Part shown: positions 56,761 to 64,000 of the stretch, in pieces
How positions within the stretch are numbered: the stretch's first letter is position 1
Layout: every line of letters begins with the position of its first letter
Source of the DNA: a bacterium
GTDB lineage: Bacteria > UBA8248
DNA length: 64,000 nucleotides
Direction of reading: 5' to 3'
NCBI GenBank assembly: GCA_965219955.1
Contig: OZ244799.1
Span: 3,264,001 to 3,328,000 of the forward strand
The notes under the pieces: generated by a model
Databases searched by the model: none
Told to the model about the DNA's origin: nothing
The model's input: only the letters and a program-made list of their open reading frames with translations
Position numbers and translations under genes: made by a program

Positions 56761-58173
56761 TTGACAAGCGACATCACGACCCTCACCGCCGCGGAAATCG
56801 TCACGCAAATCAAAGAAAGAACCATCAGCGCCGTCGAAGTCACCGGGGCGCATCTGGAGCGCTCTGAGAAAATCGGGGAGGCTTTGAACTCCTGGATCAA
56901 GCTCGATTCAGAGGGCGCCCTCAAGGCGGCGCAAGAAGTGGACGCCGCCATTGCCCGAGGCGACGACCCGGGACCCATGGCCGGCGCGCCGATAGGCTTG
57001 AAAGACTTGATCGACATGGAGGGTCTGCCTACCACGGCGGGCAGCATCATCGACAAAAACAACGTCGCGGACTCAGATGCCTTGCTGGCCCGAAAGATAC
57101 GCCGCGCCGGCGGCGTGATACTCGGAAAACTCAACCTGCATGAATTCGCATTCGGCCCCACCGGGCACAATCCCCATTACGGGGATCAGAAAAACCCTTG
57201 GGATACCGATCGGGTCACGGGCGGGTCGAGCGGCGGTTCGGGCAACAGCGTTGCGACGGGCCAGGTTTCCATCGCCATCGGTTCCGACACGGGCGGGTCC
57301 ATTCGGATTCCCGCATCCCTATGCGGCGTCATCGGACATAAACCCACGCATGGGCTCGTCACGAAATCGAACTGCGCGCCGTTGTCGTGGTCGCTCGATT
57401 CCTTCGGGCCATTGTCGAGGTCCGCCCGGGACTGCGCGCTCATGATGTCCGCCATCGCGGGACACGACCCGGCCGACGCCTCATCCATCGCCTGTGAGCC
57501 GCTCGACTTCATGGGGGCGCTGAACAAGCCCATCGAAGAGTTCCGCATCGGCCACGCGCGAGAATACTATGAACAACGCTCGGAACCTCCCGTGGCGGAA
57601 GCGGTGAACAATCTGGCCAAGACGCTTCAGGAAATGGGCGCCAAAGTTGTCGATATTGAAATACCCGACGTTGAAACCGCGTTTCATGCGGCCGCCGTGT
57701 TGATGGTATCCGAAGCGGCGGCCGTGCATGAAAAAAACATAAAAGAAAACGCGCAAGATTTCGATCCCGCGGTTCTCGAGAGAATCAGGCCCGGTTTTTT
57801 CATTCCCGCCACATCGTATATCCAGGCGCTTCGATTCCGGGAGCAATGGACGAAGCAAGTCTGCAGGGAAGTATACGGTCAGGTAGACCTCGTTCTCTCC
57901 GCCGCCACGCCGGTCCCCGCCGCTTTGCGCTCTCAGTCGACCGGAACGGTGCGTGGGAAAGAAGTCGAGATTCGAACGCTCATGATCTCCTTGACGAGGC
58001 TTTGGAATTTCCTCGGCGGACCGTCGACGGCCTTTCCATCGGGCATGAGCGAGGAGGGTCTACCGCTTGGCGCGCAAATCATGGGCGCGCCTTTTGCGGA
58101 CCACCATACGCTGGCGTTGGTGCATCAACTCGAGAAAATGGGTGTGGTGAAAGTGGAGATGCCGCCTCTATAG
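56761..58173 (+). CDS. amidase signature family enzyme
   Basis: GLKDL (Lys), GKLNLHEFAFG, TGGSSGGS and GSDTGGSIRIPASLCG motifs. Confidence 0.92.
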   Translation: MTSDITTLTAAEIVTQIKERTISAVEVTGAHLERSEKIGEALNSWIKLDSEGALKAAQEVDAAIARGDDPGPMAGAPIGLKDLIDMEGLPTTAGSIIDKNNVADSDALLARKIRRAGGVILGKLNLHEFAFGPTGHNPHYGDQKNPWDTDRVTGGSSGGSGNSVATGQVSIAIGSDTGGSIRIPASLCGVIGHKPTHGLVTKSNCAPLSWSLDSFGPLSRSARDCALMMSAIAGHDPADASSIACEPLDFMGALNKPIEEFRIGHAREYYEQRSEPPVAEAVNNLAKTLQEMGAKVVDIEIPDVETAFHAAAVLMVSEAAAVHEKNIKENAQDFDPAVLERIRPGFFIPATSYIQALRFREQWTKQVCREVYGQVDLVLSAATPVPAALRSQSTGTVRGKEVEIRTLMISLTRLWNFLGGPSTAFPSGMSEEGLPLGAQIMGAPFADHHTLALVHQLEKMGVVKVEMPPL

Positions 58174-58188
58174 CTCAGAGGCGCTGCT

Positions 58189-59445
58189 CTACTCCGGCCT
58201 GGCTCCGTCCGGACCCATCGGGAACTTCTCACAAAGCGAGCGTACGTCTTCCCTTACCGAGGCGATGCGCGCCTCATCCGTGATATCGGCCAGCACGTCG
58301 GCTATCCAGCCGCCCACGACTTTCATCTCGGCCTCTTTCATGTGGCGCGAAGTCAACGCGGGCGTCCCGACGCGGATCCCGCTCGTGAAAGCCGGTTTCC
58401 TGGTGTCGAAAGGAATCGCATTTTTATTCACCGTGATTCCCGCCTGGCCCAGGGCGGCTTCCGCCTTCTTGCCGCTGAAACCGGCCTCACGCAGATCGAG
58501 CAGAATCAGGTGATTGTCCGTGCCGCCCGAGACGAGGTGGATGCCGCGCTTCAGGAGTGCGTCCGCGAGCGCCTTTGCATTTTTCACAATCTGCTCCGCA
58601 TAGGCCCTGAACTCCGGGGTGCTTGCCTCCTTGAACGCCACCGCCTTGGCTGCGACGACGTGCATCAAGGGTCCGCCTTGAAGGCCGGGGAAAACAGCTT
58701 TGTTCATCCCGGCCGCGTAGTCTTCGTCGCAAAGAATCATCCCGCCGCGAGGACCCCGGAGCGTCTTGTGCGTCGTGGTCGTGACAATCTGCGCATGGCC
58801 CGCGGGGCTGGGGTGCGCACCGCCTGCGATGAGACCCGCAACGTGGGCGATATCCGCCATCACCACGGCGCCCACCTCATCCGCAATCTCCCTGAAGCGC
58901 GCATAATCGATCGAACGCGGATACGCGCTCGCCCCCACGACGATGATTTTGGGACGGTGCTCCTTTGCCTGGCTTTCCACTTCGTCAAAATCGATGACGT
59001 GGTTTTCGGGATCCACGCCATACGCCACCACCTTGAACCAACGGCCCGAGAAGGTGACGGGGTGGCCGTGAGTGAGGTGGCCCCCATGCGAGAGGTTCAT
59101 TCCCAAAAGCGTATCGCCCGGTTCGAGTAGGCCGTAATACACCGCGGCGTTCGCCTGGGCGCCGCTGTGCGGCTGCACGGAGGCGTGATCCATGCCGAAA
59201 AGAGACTTCGCCCGCTCGATGGCGAGGGATTCGGCCACGTCTACGAACTGACACCCGCCATAGTAGCGCCTTCCCGGAAATCCCTCCGCGTATTTGTTCG
59301 TCATCACGCCGCCCACCGCTTCCATCACTGCTTCGCTCACATAGTTCTCCGAAGCGATGAGTTCGAGCTCGTCCGCCTGGCGTTCTCTTTCATCTTCCAT
59401 GGCGGCGAAAATATCGGGATCTCTCAGCGCAAGTGCCGACGACAT
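58189..59445 (-). CDS. glyA: serine hydroxymethyltransferase
   Basis: [29 protein letters not shown] and [13 protein letters not shown] motifs. Confidence 0.97.
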   Translation of the reverse strand: MSSALALRDPDIFAAMEDERERQADELELIASENYVSEAVMEAVGGVMTNKYAEGFPGRRYYGGCQFVDVAESLAIERAKSLFGMDHASVQPHSGAQANAAVYYGLLEPGDTLLGMNLSHGGHLTHGHPVTFSGRWFKVVAYGVDPENHVIDFDEVESQAKEHRPKIIVVGASAYPRSIDYARFREIADEVGAVVMADIAHVAGLIAGGAHPSPAGHAQIVTTTTHKTLRGPRGGMILCDEDYAAGMNKAVFPGLQGGPLMHVVAAKAVAFKEASTPEFRAYAEQIVKNAKALADALLKRGIHLVSGGTDNHLILLDLREAGFSGKKAEAALGQAGITVNKNAIPFDTRKPAFTSGIRVGTPALTSRHMKEAEMKVVGGWIADVLADITDEARIASVREDVRSLCEKFPMGPDGARPE

Positions 59446-59611
59446 CGAGTGGGACCTCCAGATTTTCTGTTCAGGCGTGGGGAATGTTTCGGAACATCTC
59501 GGGCGGATTGAAGCTAACAAACCGACCTCAAGACGTCAATATCAAATGACAAATGTGCCATTATGACGCAAAAGGTATAATGACATTCAGAAACTTCACG
59601 AAAAGGAATTG

Positions 59612-60079
59612 ATGATGCCGAACGAAACCGATGATTTGCTCGATATCTCCTCGGATGGAGTACCCAACACGTCGCTTCCGCCTGAGCCGGAAGAACTCGG
59701 CGCGCTGGATTCGCTGTGCGATGTAATTTTATCGAGCGAGGAAAACCGCGGGCCATCTATGGAGAAACTGCAAAGCCTCGTGGCGCGCTATCCGGAAGCC
59801 CTATCCGGCTGGGTGGCCATGGGGCGGATTGCGCTTGCAAACGAAGAGACGATCAGCGCATACGCCTACTTTCGGGTCGCCTACCACAGGGGGCTGGACA
59901 AGGCCCGCGCCTCGGGCTGGCGCGGCGATGGGCGCATCCCCTGGGAAATCACCGCCAACCAGCCGTTTTTGCGCGCCATTCAAGGCTTGGCGCAATGCGC
60001 CGACGCCATCGGAGAATCCGCCGAGGCGAAACGCTGCAATGAATTTCTGGGAATGCTCGACCCGAATCATCCGTTCTAA
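59612..60079 (+). CDS. DUF3151 domain protein
   Basis: AYAYFRVAYHRGLD...GWRGDGRIPW...NQPFLRA...IGE...RC pattern of DUF3151. Confidence 0.78.
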   Translation: MMPNETDDLLDISSDGVPNTSLPPEPEELGALDSLCDVILSSEENRGPSMEKLQSLVARYPEALSGWVAMGRIALANEETISAYAYFRVAYHRGLDKARASGWRGDGRIPWEITANQPFLRAIQGLAQCADAIGESAEAKRCNEFLGMLDPNHPF

Positions 60080-60193
60080 TACGACGTTTTCTTCATACGA
60101 TGTGTGGAACCTGAGAAGAATGCCTGCGAAGCGGCTGATCGCTACGCCGATACCAAAGAATAAAAAAATCCATCCTCAGGATGAGCTTTCCGC

Positions 60194-60520
60194 TCACCCC
60201 CCCATGTATTGTCCCATCAAGAGGACGAGGTCGCCTTCTTTCATCTCGGAATCGAGCGTGTGGTGAATACCCAGGAGCGCATCGTTTACGGCAATTTCGA
60301 GGTGTTCGGCCAGTTGGCCGGTGCCGTTGTGCCAAAGCGCTTCGTCCAGGGACCTGTAGCGCCGGCTCATCTTTTTGAGGACTTCGCGAAGCGTGGCGCC
60401 TTCGGGCACTTCCTCATCGAAAACCTTGCGTTCGTTCCCGTCACCGCCCACGAAAGTCGACGCCCAGGAGATGAACTCCAGCCGGACACGAATCGCCTTG
60501 ACGCTTTTCGTCTCGTTCAT
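60194..60520 (-). CDS. MoaD/ThiS family sulfur carrier
   Basis: Ubiquitin-like fold pattern (IAVND, KEGDLV) ending in GG. Confidence 0.85.
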   Translation of the reverse strand: MNETKSVKAIRVRLEFISWASTFVGGDGNERKVFDEEVPEGATLREVLKKMSRRYRSLDEALWHNGTGQLAEHLEIAVNDALLGIHHTLDSEMKEGDLVLLMGQYMGG

Positions 60521-60547
60521 CGCGTCATCCCCTGTCTCCAAGGTGAG

Positions 60548-62440
60548 CTATACGTTCGCACCCCATAGCGCTTCGGCGACATCTTCCAGATCGAGCTCGC
60601 GCAAAAGTTCGGGCTTGGGGCGGCCTGTCTCCCTGTCGTAGCCGGTCGTCTCGTACCAGATATCGAGCATTTTCTCCCATTGATCCATTATCGAGACGCC
60701 CGCGATCGGTCCATCCACCGGCGTGGAACCATACCGCTTGGATGGCTTCTCGACCTCAGGCCCAATGCCGCAGCGCAAGTTGAAGGCGCGCATCAAGGCG
60801 TTGATGCGCCGGCCGGTCTGCATCGCTTCATCCTTGTCCACGTCCCAACCGGTGGCGGCCTGAATCGATCGGCACAAAACGTCCATCGGCGCGCGCGTAG
60901 TGAACACGCACGCCCCCAGGGAATCCTCATACGCGCGTCGGCCCCTGAGGCCGCCCACGTGCTTGGGCACCGCCTCCGCGTCCTGCGGGTGCACGCGCGC
61001 GGGAAGGTCGTAATCCGTCGGGAACACCGGGGGAGCCGTATCCATCGTTCCGCCCGAACCCGTGCAGGTATCGATCATCTCCTCCCAGCGGGAGCGGTGG
61101 TCGTGCCCCCTCGGGGAATTGCCGACTTCCGTGTAAATGGCGCAATCCTGCGCCTCGCCGCCGAGTTTCTCCGCCGCGAGCTTCGTTCCCTCGGCCAGCA
61201 GGTCGCCCATGCCTTCGCGCTTGCAGATCATCTCGAGAAGCTTGTTGGCCCCGTCGATATCGCCCCACTCCAGGCGGAAGCCGAGGTCCTGATCCGTGAT
61301 GTAGCCCTTTTGCTGACACTCCATCACCCAGCCGCAGAGCCAGCCGAACTCGTTCACGTCCACACAGGCGCGATCGAGCTGGGTGTTCATCCAGGTGACC
61401 TGCTGCGGGTCCGTGGCGCCAATCGTCCAGCCCGCGCCCGACCAGCCCTCGTACTCGGGCTCGTCCACCACCTGCCCCTTATAGGGGCCGGAGGAGATGA
61501 CCTGCATGTGGCAATGGTGCATGCCGCACGCGCTGCACTGATGGCCCCGGTGGTCGAAACCCTCGCGCAGGCCGTTGGCCTCCCATTGCTTCGTTTCGAC
61601 TTCCTCGGGCCACACGTTCGTCGTGTAGTTCCGGATCGGGAGCGCGCCCATGCCTTGCAGGTTCCGGACGCCGCCCAAGGTGCCGTAGAGGTACAAACCC
61701 TTGGTGGAGGGATCGGTCTGGAGGCTGTGGGCGATATCGTCCGCCGCGGCGAAGAGCGCCTTGGGATGGGCGGCGGCGACTCCCTTCGTTCCGCGCTCGA
61801 TAGCCACCGCCTTCACCTTCTTCTTGCCCATCACGGCCCCGCAGCCGTTCTTGCTCGCCACGTGGCCGTAATCGCCCTGTATGGCGGAGAAGCGCACGAG
61901 GTTCTCGCCCGCGGGCCCGATGCTGTAGACGCTCAAATTATGGCCGCTCAGATTCAGCGTCTTCTCGAGCGATTGCTGTGTCTCCCAGGTGTCCTGGCCC
62001 AGCAACCCGGAGGCGTCGCGAAGCTCCACCCCGTCATCGCGAATGTGGAGATAGACCCAATCGGGCGATTCTCCCTGAAAGACGATAGCGTCATAACCGC
62101 AATACTTGATGTTCGCGCCGAAGAAACCGTTCGCCTGGGTGTTGGTCGCGCCGTTGGTCATCGCGCCCCGCGTCACCACGGTGAGCCCGCCCGTTCCCCA
62201 GACCGGCAGACCCGCGAGAGGACCCGTAGCCAGAACCAATCGGTTCTCGGGATGATCCCAACCCACGTCGGGCGGCACTTCCTCCCACAGAATCTTGGCG
62301 CCCAGGCCCGCGCCGCCCACCCATTTTCTGCGGTCGGCGGCTTCGAATTTCTCTCCCCAGGTCTTCCCGCTCGAGAGATCGACCCTGAGGATTTCTCCTG
62401 CATATGCGTAATCAGTCAAGACATCGACCTCCTTGTTCAT
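60548..62440 (-). CDS. aldehyde:ferredoxin oxidoreductase (tungstopterin) family subunit
   Basis: ILRVDLS, IGPAGENLVRF, GAVMGKK, CSACGMHC, EPEYE and DSLGAC motifs. Confidence 0.92.
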   Translation of the reverse strand: MNKEVDVLTDYAYAGEILRVDLSSGKTWGEKFEAADRRKWVGGAGLGAKILWEEVPPDVGWDHPENRLVLATGPLAGLPVWGTGGLTVVTRGAMTNGATNTQANGFFGANIKYCGYDAIVFQGESPDWVYLHIRDDGVELRDASGLLGQDTWETQQSLEKTLNLSGHNLSVYSIGPAGENLVRFSAIQGDYGHVASKNGCGAVMGKKKVKAVAIERGTKGVAAAHPKALFAAADDIAHSLQTDPSTKGLYLYGTLGGVRNLQGMGALPIRNYTTNVWPEEVETKQWEANGLREGFDHRGHQCSACGMHHCHMQVISSGPYKGQVVDEPEYEGWSGAGWTIGATDPQQVTWMNTQLDRACVDVNEFGWLCGWVMECQQKGYITDQDLGFRLEWGDIDGANKLLEMICKREGMGDLLAEGTKLAAEKLGGEAQDCAIYTEVGNSPRGHDHRSRWEEMIDTCTGSGGTMDTAPPVFPTDYDLPARVHPQDAEAVPKHVGGLRGRRAYEDSLGACVFTTRAPMDVLCRSIQAATGWDVDKDEAMQTGRRINALMRAFNLRCGIGPEVEKPSKRYGSTPVDGPIAGVSIMDQWEKMLDIWYETTGYDRETGRPKPELLRELDLEDVAEALWGANV

Positions 62441-63759
62441 GAAGAAATGGCTATTTCATGCGCAGATATCGACGGACGCCCCAAAACGGTTTCCGGCAGC
62501 AAGCCGCCCGCGGCGCCCGAGGCCAGGAATGCACGCTTCACGTCGAATGGATTCTCACGCAAATGCTCTTTCCACTCCGAGATATCCACCCCCGTGTACA
62601 CGAGACCCTTCAACATCCCCACGTCGTTCGTCGTCCAGATTTCCCGGGTCTTCCCCAGGATGATCGCGCCGGTCAGCCTCCCGCCGTGAAACAGGAGCTT
62701 TCTGTAGGCGGGCCGCTCTGACCGCACAGCCTCGAAGACTTCGGCATCCGGGTCGTCCCAGGCGCCGAAGCTCGCGATCTCCATATCGAGCACATCCACG
62801 ATGTTCATGAGCAGGCTGCCCTTGTAGGCGACCTCCTGGCCGGCCATGTTGGCAGCCGCCACGCGGCCATGCTGCATGGCGGTGGGTTCGATGGCGTGTA
62901 CGACCTTCTCGCCGGTGACCGCGTCGGGGCCTTCCGCGATATCTCCCGCCGCGTAGACGTTCGCCACGTTCGTGCGGCAATGCTCGTCCACCAGAATTCC
63001 CTGGTTGGTCTCGAGGCCGCTGCCCGCCACCCAGTCGATGTTGGGCTTGATGCCCGTGGCCATGATGACCAGGTCGACCTCCAGATCGGCGCCTTCCTTG
63101 AACTTGAGGAGTTTCGCATCCCCTTTGTCCTCGATGGAGGTCACTTGCGTCGAGGTTCTCACTTCCACGCCTCGCTCATTGAGCCAATCCTGAACGATTC
63201 CGGCACCCGTATCGTCTATCATGCGCGGCAGTATGCGCGATTCGAGTTCCACGACGGTCAGCTTCACCCCCTGATTCACCAGGGCGTTCAGAATCGTAAA
63301 GGCGATGAATCCCGCGCCGATCATCGCGACGCGGGCGCCCTCGCCCACGCCGGACGCCACGGCGCGCGCCTGGGGAAACGTCCAGAAGCTGTGCACGTTC
63401 TCCCCGTCCGCGCCGGGCACGGGCGCTTTCACAGGGGAGGAACCCGTGGCGATTAGAAGGTTGTCGTATTCAATCTCGTCGCCCCCCTGGAGGATGAGCT
63501 TGCTCGCGGACGTGTCGATTCTCTCGGCGCGCGCGCCGAGCCTCGCGTCCACGTTCAAAGCGGCGAGCTTGGGAGGAGAGGCGATGTAGACGTGTGATTC
63601 TGCGATGTCCCGCGCCAGGTAATAGGGCAGCACCATCCGCGAATACGGGGTCTCGTCCGCGACGAGGACGATCTCGGAATCTCCTTGATCCAGTTCCCTG
63701 AGTGTAGTGATGGCGTTCCAGCCGGCGGTACCGCCGCCCACGATGACGTGTCTGGCCAT
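62437..63759 (-). CDS. FAD/NAD-dependent oxidoreductase (AOR-associated, NirB/rubredoxin reductase-like)
   Basis: VIVGGGTAG, LLIATGS, IGAGFIA and YAAGD motifs. Confidence 0.9.
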   Translation of the reverse strand: MARHVIVGGGTAGWNAITTLRELDQGDSEIVLVADETPYSRMVLPYYLARDIAESHVYIASPPKLAALNVDARLGARAERIDTSASKLILQGGDEIEYDNLLIATGSSPVKAPVPGADGENVHSFWTFPQARAVASGVGEGARVAMIGAGFIAFTILNALVNQGVKLTVVELESRILPRMIDDTGAGIVQDWLNERGVEVRTSTQVTSIEDKGDAKLLKFKEGADLEVDLVIMATGIKPNIDWVAGSGLETNQGILVDEHCRTNVANVYAAGDIAEGPDAVTGEKVVHAIEPTAMQHGRVAAANMAGQEVAYKGSLLMNIVDVLDMEIASFGAWDDPDAEVFEAVRSERPAYRKLLFHGGRLTGAIILGKTREIWTTNDVGMLKGLVYTGVDISEWKEHLRENPFDVKRAFLASGAAGGLLPETVLGRPSISAHEIAISS

Positions 63760-63761
63760 GA

Positions 63762-64000
63762 TCAGAGCACCCCCGCAAGCGGTCCGGCGGGCGATTTCGC
63801 CCGCTCCGCGGCAAAGGGCCCGACCCAGTCGGTCTTATCGGCCTCCTCAAAAACGATCGCGTCGGTGGGGCACACGGACGCGCATGCTGGATTCCCGCCG
63901 CACAAGTCGCACTTGAACGCCTTGTGGGTGTCGATGTCGTAGAACATCGTTCCATAGGGACAGGCAATCGTGCAGAGCTTGCAGCCCACGCAAATGTCAT
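63762..64000 (-). CDS. 4Fe-4S dicluster ferredoxin subunit (5' part outside window)
   Basis: CVGCKLCTIACPYG and KCDLCGGNPACASVCPTDAI motifs. Confidence 0.9.
   Translation of the reverse strand, partial: DICVGCKLCTIACPYGTMFYDIDTHKAFKCDLCGGNPACASVCPTDAIVFEEADKTDWVGPFAAERAKSPAGPLAGVL

Noticed and set aside
56559-58173. gatC-gatA
   Set aside because: No gatB, the small ORF is short and not recognisably GatC, and the amidase lacks GatA-specific segments.
59446-59600. ZMP/ZTP or glycine riboswitch upstream of glyA
   Set aside because: Only a CGCCTG fragment is present, and the conserved 5' elements are not seen.

Overview
GC-rich bacterial chromosomal window with about 50 CDS and no rRNA, tRNA or CRISPR. 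The gene content suggests a heterotrophic, possibly marine or host-associated lineage (inference only). From left to right: pncA (partial) with a signal-peptide/DUF151/PDZ gene; a cupin-MmgE/PrpD-acyl-CoA ligase-crotonase-MFS catabolic operon; a hipBA toxin-antitoxin module with four 27-bp-periodic operators; a TPP enzyme and crotonase; rlmD-lexA-dinB and uvrA; and an IclR-led TAXI-TRAP operon encoding a cyclic amidohydrolase, a fumarate-lyase-superfamily enzyme with altered catalytic residues, two cytoplasmic CapA-like proteins and SDRs. An accessory region of about 11 kb (32.4-43.6 kb) follows. It holds nested palindromic repeats/MITEs, a Cre-like tyrosine recombinase next to an inverted 12-bp site pair, two tandem TbpB-like surface lipoproteins with patchwork AT-rich loops, and an orphan structured non-coding segment resembling an IS110-family end. 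The remainder is housekeeping and metabolic: GGT, a lone XDH-type Mo subunit, PAC2, LLMs, typA, cyclophilin, a BON lipoprotein, an amidase, glyA, DUF3151 and a tungsten AOR operon cut by the right edge. The best candidates for undescribed systems are the recombinase plus variable-lipoprotein locus and the TRAP/amidohydrolase/lyase/CapA catabolic operon.
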